Below are positions 23,362 to 34,475 of a DNA stretch of 64,000 nt, piece after piece. Under the pieces are notes generated by a model. That model worked only from the letters and a program-made list of their open reading frames with translations. It was not told the DNA's origin and ran no database searches. A program made the translations under genes and the position numbers. The stretch spans positions 51,189-115,188 of the forward strand of contig JBFRWN010000098.1 of NCBI GenBank assembly GCA_051439605.1. The letters run 5' to 3'. Every line of letters starts with the position of its first letter. The first letter of the stretch is position 1. This DNA comes from Synechococcus sp. Lineage in GTDB: Bacteria; Cyanobacteriota; Cyanobacteriia; Thermostichales; PCC-7336.

Positions 23362-24483
23362 ATGGGTTGGAGCGAAATATGTGAGTTCCTTACACTGGTT
23401 ATTAACTTGGTTCAATTATCTTCTCCCCCAAAGGGTTCCCGCTCTAAACGCCGGTCTGAACTTCCCTTCACGTTGCAAGATATTCGAGCGGCAATTCCAG
23501 AATATTGCTTTCAGCCAAACCCTTGGAGATCGCTCTCTTACTTTTTCCTCGACATCGGTATTATTTCGGGTCTCTACGCCCTGGCCATTCACCTCAATTC
23601 TTGGCTATTTTTCCCAATTTTTTGGTTGGCTGCCGGCACCATGTTCTGGGCCTTATTCGTAGTTGGCCATGATTGCGGTCACGGGTCCTTTTCCCGTCAC
23701 AAATGGTTGAACAACCTGATCGGACACCTGAGCCACACTCCCATTCTGGTTCCTTTCCACGGTTGGCGAATTAGTCATCGCACCCACCACGCCAACACCG
23801 GCAACATTGATACCGATGAAAGCTGGTACCCCATCACCGAATCGAAATACAACCAGATGCCCTGGTACGAGAAGCTGGTTCGCTTCTATGCTCCCGTCTT
23901 TGCCTTCCCCATCTATCTATTCCGCCGTTCCCCTTCCCGTCCGGGTGGATCCCACTTTTCCCCCAACAGCCCTCTGTTCAAACCACACGAAAAGTGGGAT
24001 GTGCTGACTAGCTCCGCTTGGATGATCGGGATGGCGGCATTCCTGGGTTGGGCAACCTACCAGTTTGGTTGGGTGGCAATCCTGAAGTACTATGCGGTAC
24101 CCTACTTAATCTTTGTGGTTTGGTTAGACTTGGTCACATTTCTGCACCACACCGAAGACGATATCCCTTGGTTTCGCGGGAAAGACTGGTATTTCCTCAA
24201 GGGTGCTTTGTCCACCATCGATCGCGACTACGGATTGATCAACGAAATCCACCACAACATTGGCACTCACGTTGCACACCACATTTTCTTGGCGATTCCT
24301 CATTATCATTTGAAGGATGCAACTGAGGCCATCAAGCCGGTTTTGGGGGATTACTATCGCAAGTCAGATGAATCCATCTGGACAGGCTTCTTCAAGTCCT
24401 ACTGGGCTTGCCACTTTGTTCCAGATGAGGGGAGCAATGTGTATTATCAACCTCAACCCTCTTCCAAACCTAAGTCTCGCTAA
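23362..24483 (+). CDS. desB: Omega-3 (delta-15) acyl-lipid desaturase
   Basis: His boxes HDCGH, HRTHH, HVAHH; GWRISH; true start may be TTG 23407. Confidence 0.9.
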   Translation: MGWSEICEFLTLVINLVQLSSPPKGSRSKRRSELPFTLQDIRAAIPEYCFQPNPWRSLSYFFLDIGIISGLYALAIHLNSWLFFPIFWLAAGTMFWALFVVGHDCGHGSFSRHKWLNNLIGHLSHTPILVPFHGWRISHRTHHANTGNIDTDESWYPITESKYNQMPWYEKLVRFYAPVFAFPIYLFRRSPSRPGGSHFSPNSPLFKPHEKWDVLTSSAWMIGMAAFLGWATYQFGWVAILKYYAVPYLIFVVWLDLVTFLHHTEDDIPWFRGKDWYFLKGALSTIDRDYGLINEIHHNIGTHVAHHIFLAIPHYHLKDATEAIKPVLGDYYRKSDESIWTGFFKSYWACHFVPDEGSNVYYQPQPSSKPKSR

Positions 24484-24516
24484 GTTGGATGGGTCTCATC
24501 CAATCCTTACCAAGAC

Positions 24517-24556
24517 AAAAAAACCTGCTGGAGTTCGCGCTCTCAGCAGGCTTTTT
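24517..24556. terminator. Probable bidirectional terminator between desB and xth
   Basis: A7-CCTGCTG...CAGCAGG-C-T5. Confidence 0.7.
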
Positions 24557-24713
24557 GATCGAATGTCTGCAAAGCAACATTCAATCAATTGCGTTCTATG
24601 GAAAGAACCTGCTACATCTCACCCCGATCGGCAAGAGCGATGCATAGTAATGCTCCCATAGCGCTGAGATATCGAGGAACTCCGACTGAACGTTCACTTT
24701 GGATACCAGGGAT

Positions 24714-25517
24714 TTAGGACAGGTTGAATTCGAGCAGCACTGGCGCGTGATCGCTGGGGCGCTCCCATCCACGCGGTTCGAGATCGATCTGGCAGGCTAC
24801 CACCTGTTCATATAGCTGGGAGGTAGCGTACAAGTGATCGATCCTCCAACCTCGGTTGCGGGCAAAACCAGCAGCTCGATAGTCCCACCAACTAAAGTGG
24901 CCCCCATCCTGAGTAAATTTGCGAAAGGTGTCTTGAAAACCTAACTCGAGCACTTGGCGTAGGGCAGCACGCTCCTGCGGTGAAGACATGATGTGCGTCT
25001 CTTTCCCGTCAGGGTTATAGATATCAATATCTTCGAGAGCAATGTTGAAGTCCCCACACATCAGGACTCCTGCAGGAAATTGCGCGATGCGGTGCTCCAA
25101 ATACCTCTCTAGAACTTGCAGCCACTCCAGCTTATAGCAGTACTTTTCACTACCAATCTCAGAGCCATTGGGTACGTAGAGATTCACAATACAGATTCCG
25201 TTGAGGGACGCAGAGATCGCCCGCTTTTGTTCGTCAAACGGTTCTGCAGAATCCCCCACCACCGGCACAAATCCGCAGGTGACATCTTTTAAAGGGGTAC
25301 GACTGATAAACGCAACGCCGTTGTATGACTTTTGGCCGAAGAAATAGGTGTGGTAGCCCATTTCCTCAAAGGGCTGTTGCGGAAACTGTTTATCCTGCAC
25401 TTTTGTCTCTTGCAAACAAAGCACATCGACAGTTTGACCCACCTCAGATTGCAGCCAAGTTTGAATGTGCTCGAGACGTGTACGGATGGAATTAACATTC
25501 CAGGTTGCGATTTGCAT
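24714..25517 (-). CDS. xth: Exodeoxyribonuclease III
   Basis: ATWNVNS, LQETK, YVPNG, GDFN, GWRIDH, SDHAP. Confidence 0.96.
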   Translation of the reverse strand: MQIATWNVNSIRTRLEHIQTWLQSEVGQTVDVLCLQETKVQDKQFPQQPFEEMGYHTYFFGQKSYNGVAFISRTPLKDVTCGFVPVVGDSAEPFDEQKRAISASLNGICIVNLYVPNGSEIGSEKYCYKLEWLQVLERYLEHRIAQFPAGVLMCGDFNIALEDIDIYNPDGKETHIMSSPQERAALRQVLELGFQDTFRKFTQDGGHFSWWDYRAAGFARNRGWRIDHLYATSQLYEQVVACQIDLEPRGWERPSDHAPVLLEFNLS

Positions 25518-25551
25518 CGGACATAGTAGAGACAGTCTCTAGTCACTTTAG

Positions 25552-26151
25552 GTGTCTTTACCAATGGGAACCAAACAATCTCTTGCTCTACTGGGAATGG
25601 CAGCTTCCTCCATCGCGCTCGGAATCGTTTGGATGGCTAGCTCATTCGCAGTCCAATTTCCGGATGGCCGGATTGCATTTAACTCGCCTCCCTTGTTGAC
25701 CGGTCATTCCCTCACCCCAAGCTTTACAGGTGCCCGCAACGCCACCTATCGATTTACCATCGCAATGCCAGCTAATGCGGGGGAAACCCTCGATTATGTA
25801 GAAATTGTGCCGTTCTCGGTACCGGAAACAATTGATTTCCGCCTACCAGATGTTTCCGCTTACGAAGGAGGAGGTGTACGCCGGGGTAATCCCATCCCCG
25901 TGACAGGAGTATCCCTCGATCGAGATTCAGCTACCAAGGCGGGGGCGGTTGGTGTCCTGTTCGATCCCCCTCTCGAGCCGGGGGAAACAGCCACCATCGT
26001 ACTCAAATCCATCAGGAATCCCAGATTCAGTGGTTCGTTTGCTTACGAAGTGACAGCCTATCCTCACCCCGATGTGGGCGTCAGCCATCGTATGGGACTC
26101 GCTAGATTTAGCATCGACGCCCGCTCGGGTTGCAATCGCGTCAGTTGCTAG
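25552..26151 (+). CDS. DUF2808-like secreted protein
   Basis: Signal peptide; ATYRFTI..P..AGE, FDPPLEPGET, RNP..SG. Confidence 0.7.
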   Translation: MSLPMGTKQSLALLGMAASSIALGIVWMASSFAVQFPDGRIAFNSPPLLTGHSLTPSFTGARNATYRFTIAMPANAGETLDYVEIVPFSVPETIDFRLPDVSAYEGGGVRRGNPIPVTGVSLDRDSATKAGAVGVLFDPPLEPGETATIVLKSIRNPRFSGSFAYEVTAYPHPDVGVSHRMGLARFSIDARSGCNRVSC

Positions 26152-26236
26152 AGTCAAATTTCCTCGTACGTTTTACAAGGCTTACAGTTAGAGCGATCCC
26201 GCATAGACTGGTTGGACAGGATATGGCTGAACGGAT

Positions 26237-27388
26237 ATGGGGGCAATGGAACCTGAGATTTTTGAAGTGCCGAATTTGGAAGGGCTTTATACCGATCCCG
26301 GCACCCTCTCAATCCCTGGAGATGCCCTTCCAACCACCCTCTCGGTAACCGACTATTCTGGAGATCGCTACGAGAAATTCATTCCTGCCCGGTTAGCCGA
26401 TCTCAGCGAGTTCTTGAACTCAGACTCCGTCACCTGGATCGACGTTCAGGGGCTGGGGAGCCAAGACCTCTTGCAGGGCTTGGCTTCAGTATTGCAGCTG
26501 CATCCCATGGAGCTGGCTGAAATCGCCAACGTGCCCCAGCGATCGCGCTTTGAGGAATACCCCTCCCACGTCTTGCTTGTTCTGCATGTGGCCGGTCGGT
26601 TAGAGGGCAAATTTCACAGCCAACAGGTCAGCTTGATTGTCGGCAGCCATTACACCATTACTTTTCAAGAATCCCCCGAACTAGATTGCTTTCAAGGGGT
26701 ACGGGATCGGCTGCTGTACGGGCGGGGGACCATTCGCACGCAAGGGAGCGATTATCTAGCAGTCTCTTTGTTGGACGCAGCCATCGATAGCTACTTCCCC
26801 ATTCTGGAGTTTTACAGCGATCGGATAGAAAAGCTGGAGGTGGAAACGACCAGCACCCCCGATCGAGAAACACTGTCCCAGATTTACTTCGTGAAGCGGG
26901 AACTGTTGGGGATGAGGCGGCTATTGTGGCCTCAGCGGGAGGCACTGAACAGCTTGATTCGCAATCGCTCGTCCCCCGTTTCCGACGAGGTGCGGGTATA
27001 CCTGCGGGATAGCTACGACCACATTGTTCAGGCCCTAGAAACCGTAGAGATTTACCGCGAGTTGGCTTCGGGGCTAGTGAATTTATATTTGTCCGCCATT
27101 GGTCACCGCATGAACGAGGTCATGAAGCTACTCACCATCATTTCCACCGTGTTTATTCCCCTGACGTTTATTGCAGGGGTCTACGGCATGAACTTCGATC
27201 CGGATATGTCCCCTTGGAATATGCCGGAGTTGCGGTGGATATACGGCTATCCAGCAGCATTGGGCTTAATGCTGGCGGTTGGAGCAATTGCTTTGGTCGC
27301 TTTTTGGCGCATGGGCTGGCTTGGGGCAGAGGCGATCGGAGTTGACTCTAAACCTGGCAGCGATTCTGGTTCCTCTGGCAAAACCTAG
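26237..27388 (+). CDS. corA: Mg2+/Co2+ transporter CorA
   Basis: WIDVQGL, MNEVMKLLT, YGMNF, MPEL, two C-terminal TMs. Confidence 0.95.
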   Translation: MGAMEPEIFEVPNLEGLYTDPGTLSIPGDALPTTLSVTDYSGDRYEKFIPARLADLSEFLNSDSVTWIDVQGLGSQDLLQGLASVLQLHPMELAEIANVPQRSRFEEYPSHVLLVLHVAGRLEGKFHSQQVSLIVGSHYTITFQESPELDCFQGVRDRLLYGRGTIRTQGSDYLAVSLLDAAIDSYFPILEFYSDRIEKLEVETTSTPDRETLSQIYFVKRELLGMRRLLWPQREALNSLIRNRSSPVSDEVRVYLRDSYDHIVQALETVEIYRELASGLVNLYLSAIGHRMNEVMKLLTIISTVFIPLTFIAGVYGMNFDPDMSPWNMPELRWIYGYPAALGLMLAVGAIALVAFWRMGWLGAEAIGVDSKPGSDSGSSGKT

Positions 27389-27414
27389 TATTACTGATAG
27401 CCATCAAAAAATCG

Positions 27415-27444
27415 AAGCCAAGGGAACTTTTCCCCTTGGCTTTT
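27415..27444. terminator. Hairpin terminator between convergent corA and glgP
   Basis: AAGCCAAGGG...CCCTTGGCTTTT. Confidence 0.65.
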
Positions 27445-27497
27445 CAATTCAGGCGCAAACACCAGCAGTCCAACCATTCAGAGGTCGTAACAGCAGG

Positions 27498-30023
27498 TTA
27501 AACAGGAGAACTAAATGTCAGGTCTGACTCCTTGAGAGCAATAGAAACAGCATTCGCCTTCCAAATGTTGTCAGAGTAGTCGCGAATGGAGCGATCGCTG
27601 GAAAATTTCCCCATGCGAGCGGCATTTAAAATGGACATCCTCGTCCAACTATCGCGATCTCCATAGGCGTTACCAACTAATGTCTGGCAATCGGCATAGG
27701 CTTGGAAATCCGCCAGCACCAAATAGGGATCGGAATACAGAAGCGACTTCACCAGAGGCTGGAAGAGCTCGGTGCTGCCATGGGAGAAGAAGCCCGATGC
27801 CACTAGGTCAATCGCCTCCTGAAGATGGGGGTTGGCTTTGTAGTAGTCCCGAGGGGTATACCCAGAGGCCTTGAGCTCGCGTACCTCAGGGGTGGTCAAG
27901 CCAAACAGGAAGAAATTCTCTGCCCCTACTTCTGAGCGAATCTCAATATTGGCTCCATCCAGCGTGCCAATGGTAAGGGCTCCATTCAGAGCAAATTTCA
28001 TGTTGCCGGTGCCAGAAGCTTCCTTCCCGGCAGTCGAAATTTGTTCGGATAAATCTGCCGCCGGATAAATCCGCTGGCTGTTGGTCACGTTGAAGTCTGG
28101 CAGGAAAATAACCTTCAAGCGATCGCTGACATCGGGATCGCTATTGACTACGTCCGCCACTGACGTAATCAGCTTAACAATCAGCTTGGCAATGAAATAT
28201 CCCGGCGCTGCCTTACCGGCAAAGATGAACGTTCTGGAGGGGATATCGAGATTGGGGTTGTTTTTCAGCTGCAGGTAGAGGGAGATGACGTGCAGAATGT
28301 TGAGATGTTGGCGCTTATATTCGTGAATGCGCTTCACCTGCACATCAAAAATTGATGTGGGATCGACTGCGATACCGGCTTGGCGATAAATGCGATCGGC
28401 CAAACTACTCTTGTTGGCCTGCTTCACCTTGAGCCAAGCATCCCTAAAGCCCGCATCGTCAACATACGCTTCCAACTGCTTCAACTGGTCAAGATTCACC
28501 GTCCACCCATCACCAATCTTTTCGGTGACCAACTGACTGAGGGCAGGATTGCTTAACACCATCCAGCGTCGTGGGGTGACGCCATTCGTAACATTGGTAA
28601 ACTTCTCCGGCCACAGTTCGTAGAAGTCTTTCAAAACATCCTGCTTCAGAAGGCGACTATGCAATTCAGCCACCCCATTAATCGTGTGGCTACCGACACA
28701 GGCTAGATTTGCCATGCGCACGTAGCGTTCTCCGGATTCGTCGATGAGGGAAAGTCGCTCCAGACGCTTATCGTCATTCATAAACTTGATGCGCACCCGA
28801 TCCAGGAATCGCTGGTTAATTTCATAAATGATTTCTAGATGTCTCGGCAGCAGCTTTCTAAATAGACCCACCGACCATTTTTCTAATGCTTCTGGCAACA
28901 GCGTATGGTTGGTGTAGGCAAAGGTCTTGTGAGTAATCTCCCAAGCTTTTTCCCAAGTCAACCCTTTTTCGTCCACCAACAGACGCATCAGTTCTGCGAT
29001 AGAAACCGCTGGGTGGGTATCATTTAATTGCACCGCATATTTTTCGTGGAATTTCTCAAGGGGTATATTCTGCTGTTCCATGATGCGAAACATGTCTTGC
29101 AACGAACAAGACACAAAGAAAAATTGCTGTTTTAGGCGCAACTTCTTCCCTTGAATCTGCTCGTCATTGGGATATAGCACCTTTGTAATGTTCTCGGATT
29201 CGACCTTACGGTCAACAGCTCCGTAGTAATCCCCCCGGTTAAAGGCACCAAAATCAAAGGAATCCGGAGCCTCAGCCTTCCAAAGCCGCAGTGTATTGGC
29301 GGTGTTGACCTTGTATCCCAAGATGGGGGTGTCATAGGGAATCCCTTTGACCACACGATCGGGCACCCACCGGACTCGATAGCGATTGTGTTCGTCGGTG
29401 TAGGACTCGGTGTAACCACCAAACTTGACCTCAACAGACCATTCTGGACGGGGTAGCTCCCAGGGGTTGCCATACTGCAACCAATTGTGGGTCACCTCCG
29501 CCTGCCAGCCATCACGAATTTCCTGTTCGAAGATTCCAAATTCATAGCGAATTCCATACCCTAAAGTAGGTAACTCGAGGGTAGCCAGAGATTCAAGATA
29601 GCAAGCAGCCAAGCGACCTAAGCCTCCATTCCCCAAGCCAGGCTCCTGTTCCACTTCGATCAGACTATCCAGACTGAGCCCTAATTCCTGCACAGCCTGT
29701 CGGGCGTTGTCGTAAATGCCCAAATTAATGAGATTCTTGGCCAAATGGGGCCCCATGAGAAACTCGGCCGAAAAATAACAGACTGTGCGCGATCCCGATT
29801 CGGTATAGGTTTCTGCCGTGCTGTTCCAGCGCTGCAACATTCGATCTCGAACGGTATGGGCAAGCGCCATGTAATAGTCATTCTGGGAGGCTAGGGCGGG
29901 GAACTTACCCTGTACGTAGAACAAATTATTGACGAAAGCACGTTTGAGAGCCTCCACACTCATGCCAGTGCGACTCTCTTCAATCCGAACGTCAGGACAG
30001 ACGAAACCTTCAGGTATGTTCAT
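27498..30023 (-). CDS. glgP: Glycogen phosphorylase
   Basis: GLGNGGLGRLAAC, NDTHP, KRIHEYKRQ, EASGTGNMKF; start set at MNIPEG. Confidence 0.97.
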   Translation of the reverse strand: MNIPEGFVCPDVRIEESRTGMSVEALKRAFVNNLFYVQGKFPALASQNDYYMALAHTVRDRMLQRWNSTAETYTESGSRTVCYFSAEFLMGPHLAKNLINLGIYDNARQAVQELGLSLDSLIEVEQEPGLGNGGLGRLAACYLESLATLELPTLGYGIRYEFGIFEQEIRDGWQAEVTHNWLQYGNPWELPRPEWSVEVKFGGYTESYTDEHNRYRVRWVPDRVVKGIPYDTPILGYKVNTANTLRLWKAEAPDSFDFGAFNRGDYYGAVDRKVESENITKVLYPNDEQIQGKKLRLKQQFFFVSCSLQDMFRIMEQQNIPLEKFHEKYAVQLNDTHPAVSIAELMRLLVDEKGLTWEKAWEITHKTFAYTNHTLLPEALEKWSVGLFRKLLPRHLEIIYEINQRFLDRVRIKFMNDDKRLERLSLIDESGERYVRMANLACVGSHTINGVAELHSRLLKQDVLKDFYELWPEKFTNVTNGVTPRRWMVLSNPALSQLVTEKIGDGWTVNLDQLKQLEAYVDDAGFRDAWLKVKQANKSSLADRIYRQAGIAVDPTSIFDVQVKRIHEYKRQHLNILHVISLYLQLKNNPNLDIPSRTFIFAGKAAPGYFIAKLIVKLITSVADVVNSDPDVSDRLKVIFLPDFNVTNSQRIYPAADLSEQISTAGKEASGTGNMKFALNGALTIGTLDGANIEIRSEVGAENFFLFGLTTPEVRELKASGYTPRDYYKANPHLQEAIDLVASGFFSHGSTELFQPLVKSLLYSDPYLVLADFQAYADCQTLVGNAYGDRDSWTRMSILNAARMGKFSSDRSIRDYSDNIWKANAVSIALKESDLTFSSPV

Positions 30024-30716
30024 AGTTGCTAGGGGGTTCCTTTTTGAGGGTAGTCGTGCAGGGTATCTAGACAGGCGGTGGACGCGGCAGTTAGCAGCTG
30101 TTAAACGCTCAGTTGGAACGGTGGCCGACACCAGCAGGCGCTCGATATTCAACTTCTCGATAAATAAAACTAACCGATTCGTGACAAGAAATTAATGTTG
30201 AATCATACAGATAGCGATACGGATCGCAGAGGCCAGCTCTTACGTGTTAGCACAGATCCTTGAAGGAAAATGAATGGATTTTTGTGGCCCAGTGAGCGGT
30301 TGGGCATGCTATCAAGCTTGCAACCGCAAAAAGCCAGACAGAACAGGCATTACAGGGATGTAGAATCACTCCAAGTGCTATGACAGGCCGTCGGATTTAC
30401 ATAATTTCTTTAGGTGAATTTCGACGCAAACATTCAAATAACGATTTGAAACAATATCCTCTTACGTCAAGTTTGCTCGCTCCCAGCCCAACGATCTTTT
30501 TTATGTATGTATTAACGTCTTTGCAGAGGTATGTTCAGGACAAACAATTCCATGATGTTGCCATATCTGCTGCCTCGCGATTCACAATATATCTGATTCG
30601 GTCTCTCGAGCGAAGCCTGGTACCACAAACAGCAAGTATGAGTGGCCTGGCATATGGATGGGAATTCAGCTACGACCATGTCATTGCCTGGCACAGAATT
30701 CCAGAGGGACAGATGA

Positions 30717-31580
30717 CTAATCTGCTGCACGATCGGATCCCTGACCAAACGGCAGAGAAAATGGAAGAACATAGATCGTCAGCAATCCAGCTAAAAAGCC
30801 CAAGACGTTGCGGGCAATTGGCAACCAGTCAGTCGTACGGCGAAGCACGGGAGCAAGGCCAAAACCACCAAACAGTAACAACCACATTGGCGAGAACAAC
30901 AGTGCCCATTGCCAATTGAAGAGTTCGTCCTCATGGCGCTGCTTGCCTGCAAAGCCACAGATAATCCCCCCCGCGATAGACGTAAATAAAGTCCAAATCC
31001 AGTGTTCGTCCGGCAATCCAGGAACAACTCTGCATCCTCCCTCCCGGAAACAAGTATCGAGAGCATCAACTGTACTTTGGATTGACTGTGCCTTGCCGTT
31101 ATCCCTCACAAAGAACTGATTGCCATAGCGAGATTGCAGTTCAATCCAAAAGGTACGGGGGAGAACCTCCCGCACGCGATCGCCGACGTTAAACGCCAGT
31201 AAATTACCTCCTCGTGGATCGGCCACCATCAGTACGCTGCGATCGTTTAATCCCCAGTAGCTTTTCACCGTGCGACCGGGGGATTTATCAAACTGTGTGA
31301 GCACCCGCAGCTTCCAGCCAGTATCGTTCTCTAGCGCTTTTAGCTGCGCGTTTAGGCGAGACTCTTGATTCGCTGACAGCTGATCGGCGAAATCGAGCAC
31401 TTCCACCTCAGGCTGGGGCAAATCCATCTCTACCACAGGCAATTCTTGCTGGGCCATCGCAGACTGACTGGTCATACCAAAGACGCAACAGGCTGTCGCC
31501 ATAACACACAGCATCACTGCAGCTCCCAGCCATACAGACTTCAGATTGCTTGGCAACGAGCGAACAGATGCTGAGAACAT
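30717..31580 (-). CDS. TPM-domain thylakoid protein
   Basis: LENDTGWKLRVLTQ, FWIELQSRYGNQFFVR, C..VPGLP. Confidence 0.8.
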   Translation of the reverse strand: MFSASVRSLPSNLKSVWLGAAVMLCVMATACCVFGMTSQSAMAQQELPVVEMDLPQPEVEVLDFADQLSANQESRLNAQLKALENDTGWKLRVLTQFDKSPGRTVKSYWGLNDRSVLMVADPRGGNLLAFNVGDRVREVLPRTFWIELQSRYGNQFFVRDNGKAQSIQSTVDALDTCFREGGCRVVPGLPDEHWIWTLFTSIAGGIICGFAGKQRHEDELFNWQWALLFSPMWLLLFGGFGLAPVLRRTTDWLPIARNVLGFLAGLLTIYVLPFSLPFGQGSDRAAD

Positions 31581-31751
31581 GGCGGATATGTAACGAACTA
31601 TTTCTTTCGTTAATATAGCGACTTTCGTTAATTCGCAGAAAAACAGTCACCTAAGTGAGCGATCGCTGCGACTATTAGGGTAGGTCTTTTAACAAAACAC
31701 AATTGGGGGATAGCGACGGTATTTGAAGGGCCAGGTTGCAGCGGACTCGTT

Positions 31752-32432
31752 CTAGCTCAGCAAACTCTGCACCCAGGTGGGTGGAGGGGGCAATTTCTTA
31801 CCCAATTTTTCCATCACTAGTGCGGCCACCAGATGGACCGTAAACACATACACCAAAGAATTCACCGCCACAATCGCCACAATGGCCACCTGAATAGTGA
31901 AGGCCGATGCTGCCACGTGAATCCCAAACCAACCCAGCGTCACATCTAGCAACCAATTGGCAAACCCCGTCAGTTGCAATGTAAAAAATGCCCACAGATT
32001 CTCCCCCACCAGCAGCGAGGAGAGAGCTAACTGAAAGATTAATCCCAATGTGCTCAAAGCGGCTCCACAGAGCACTGAGCAATACCAAGACAATTGCTGT
32101 TGCCACATCCAACCACAGAGAAAACCTAGTAACCCGTAAGGCATCAAATAGATAATGCTGCGAGTGGGACCAATCAATACCGTTAGCAACAATGTCGAAA
32201 CCGCTAACGCCATCCGGCCCGTGCGCCAATCCCATCGCATAATGGCGATCGCCACTGGCAGTGGGAAGAAGAGTCGCAGCAAAGGCAGCGTTGGATTGAG
32301 ATAAATTGTGACCACCCAAGCCAAAGCAGCAGTACTGGCCAGAAAAGCGATCTCCACCAGGCGCAGAGCTTGTTGTTTGGGGGAGGGATCGACCGGTGGA
32401 AGTTTGGGAGAGAACACAGCAGATGCTTTCAC
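31752..32432 (-). CDS. DUF2232 membrane protein
   Basis: LVEIAFLAST, FFPLPVA, GPTRS, terminal PPPTWV. Confidence 0.75.
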   Translation of the reverse strand: MKASAVFSPKLPPVDPSPKQQALRLVEIAFLASTAALAWVVTIYLNPTLPLLRLFFPLPVAIAIMRWDWRTGRMALAVSTLLLTVLIGPTRSIIYLMPYGLLGFLCGWMWQQQLSWYCSVLCGAALSTLGLIFQLALSSLLVGENLWAFFTLQLTGFANWLLDVTLGWFGIHVAASAFTIQVAIVAIVAVNSLVYVFTVHLVAALVMEKLGKKLPPPPTWVQSLLS

Positions 32433-32818
32433 GTGCTTTCTAGCTTAGTAGCTGCCATCGACAAGCGGTCGATTAGCATGCGCTCAGTTTTCACGAGTTC
32501 CTCATACCTAACTCGGGCTAACCAACCTGGAGTTTGGTTCAGTTAGGCATGTCCCACCTGACTTCAATGCAGAAAAACCAACTACATGCTGAAATTCACA
32601 TTACGAAAAGGGATGTGTTGTCACCAGCTGTCGCACCTACTCGTACTCAACCTAATACATCTGATAAGGACAACCTAAATCTTTATAAATGTGAATAATG
32701 GGACTAGATTATCTGCAGTGCTTGCATTCTAGAAATGGCAACGGTCATTAAGCTGGTTGGAATCGATACATTAACTTTCAACTCTTCAAGTACTTCATCA
32801 TCTAGTAGGAGTCCAGCA

Positions 32819-33316
32819 ATGGATGCTGCATCATTCCTTACCCAGTATGGCTTCGATCTTGGCGGGAGATCGCCAGAAGAATGGCTGATGGACTGGAAAC
32901 GGAAGTTTCCAGCGTCATGGGTTGCATCAGCATTGGTGGAAGCTCTTTACCGCGGTCGCTACAAAGCTGTATCCGTACAGCAGTTGTTGTTGATGTGGCA
33001 AACACGAGGCAACCCCTGTATGGGCTTTAGTTTAGATTTCGGGCGAAAAGTTTGGCCGGAGGGGCTCGATCCCTTACAGTCCGGCCTAGAACAGGGCAAT
33101 TCAACAAGCTCATCCATTCGCAACTATGCTTTCAATTCGTTTGATTCTTTGGAGCAATACCCAACGCTATTCAATCACCGCCCATCCATCACGATGTATC
33201 CATTGCGCCGCCAACTGCGATGGGAATCTTTGCCCAATAAACTAGAGCAAATGCTATGTGCGAGCCAGCAATCGGCAAGTTCTCAATCTTCGCTCACCCA
33301 TGCACCAATTCACTAA
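32819..33316 (+). CDS. Conserved cyanobacterial hypothetical protein
   Basis: YGFDL...EALYRGRYKAVSVQQLL.MW..RG.P; start uncertain (ORF opens at 32735). Confidence 0.65.
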   Translation: MDAASFLTQYGFDLGGRSPEEWLMDWKRKFPASWVASALVEALYRGRYKAVSVQQLLLMWQTRGNPCMGFSLDFGRKVWPEGLDPLQSGLEQGNSTSSSIRNYAFNSFDSLEQYPTLFNHRPSITMYPLRRQLRWESLPNKLEQMLCASQQSASSQSSLTHAPIH

Positions 33317-33623
33317 CATGACCCCTCTCAGCCTAATTTCTACCCCCAAAAAAGGGAGATACTGGTCAAGTTCGTTTGTCGGTGGCAACTGCTTGGACTC
33401 CTTGGAAACGTAACTTGCAGAAGGCATCACCCTTCCGCTTATCTCTTGGGCCAATCCCAACGTTGTAGCCTAGTACCTGACTGGACTGAGGGCTCCTCTC
33501 ATCAGCGTGGATACTCTCTTTCGGCATTTCTCTTTCGGCATTGAAGTGTAGGAGCACGAAAATCACTGCGGAGCATACAATAGCAGCTAAACTACTACCA
33601 CCCAGCCATGGAAGCTTATCTGG

Positions 33624-33902
33624 ATGAGTGAGCAAAAACATCCGCAATACTCAAAAGATCGGGCCTTACTGACCTCCATCATTAAAGATGGTACCCCCTC
33701 CGATCTCAACCTCGTTGAAGTGGCACGGCTACGCATCCGCTATACAGGTTTTCCGGGTGCTCGAGACATTCAACAAGATCTCGATCGCATGCTACAAACT
33801 TGGAACCTTTCCGAAGAGTTGCTCTTCACCAAGACGAGGCATATTCACCAGTTAGCACAAGTCTATCAAGAGAGCTTTAGTAATCGGGATGATTGGGCAT
33901 AA
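33624..33902 (+). CDS. DUF3288 family protein
   Basis: Q.HPQ...DR, ARLRIRYTGFPGARDIQ.DL. Confidence 0.8.
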   Translation: MSEQKHPQYSKDRALLTSIIKDGTPSDLNLVEVARLRIRYTGFPGARDIQQDLDRMLQTWNLSEELLFTKTRHIHQLAQVYQESFSNRDDWA

Positions 33903-33969
33903 GTGGGACTCAGACCACCTGATAGGATCGCAATAGACACTGAACGAAATTTGCCAAGAGAGTGAACTA

Positions 33970-34233
33970 ATGGGTAAAAACGAGATTCTAGAAGCATTTT
34001 TGAAAAATCCCGTACCGTTCTTAGGAGGCTTTGCGGCAGGGGCTTTGCGGCTCAACCTGAATGAGGACCCCCTCAAAAGCTGGCTAGCAGCTCAGGGGGT
34101 TGAGGTCACTGACAATGATTCTGATGACTCTGCCCCCCCCCAAACGGTCCTCAGACTATTTCAATTGACTAAATTGCCTTCACAAACTTGTATGTTTTCT
34201 ATGCGGCGAGAACATCTAGGCCAGATTGGCTAG
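33970..34233 (+). CDS. Small conserved cyanobacterial protein with a frameshifted C-terminus at a C9 tract
   Basis: P..FLGGF..G.LRLNL.EDP.KSWL; the expected NGPQTISID* ending is in another frame (stop 34170-34172). Confidence 0.7.
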   Translation: MGKNEILEAFLKNPVPFLGGFAAGALRLNLNEDPLKSWLAAQGVEVTDNDSDDSAPPQTVLRLFQLTKLPSQTCMFSMRREHLGQIG

Positions 34234-34475
34234 CTTCTCGCCAGCACAAGCATTAATAACTAACGTTCGATGACTCTATAAGTAGGAAATGAAGTAGCGT
34301 GTAATGTATCTTGCACTATTAAAGTTGGCGAGGAATGACATTTGCCATTTGCACACCTTAGCTGCTACATAAGTAGCAGCCCTAATTGAATTAGCCATTA
34401 CGGAGATAAAAACTGTAAAGTTGGCAGGGTTAGAGCTGATGTACCCATGGAAATGTCTAGCAACTACGGTAAGGA

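Noticed and set aside
34276..34400. TAAGTAG starts resembling IS630 ends
   Set aside because: Match is only about 7-8 bp with no partner repeat or transposase; GCTGCTAC-ATAA-GTAGCAGC is better read as a simple hairpin
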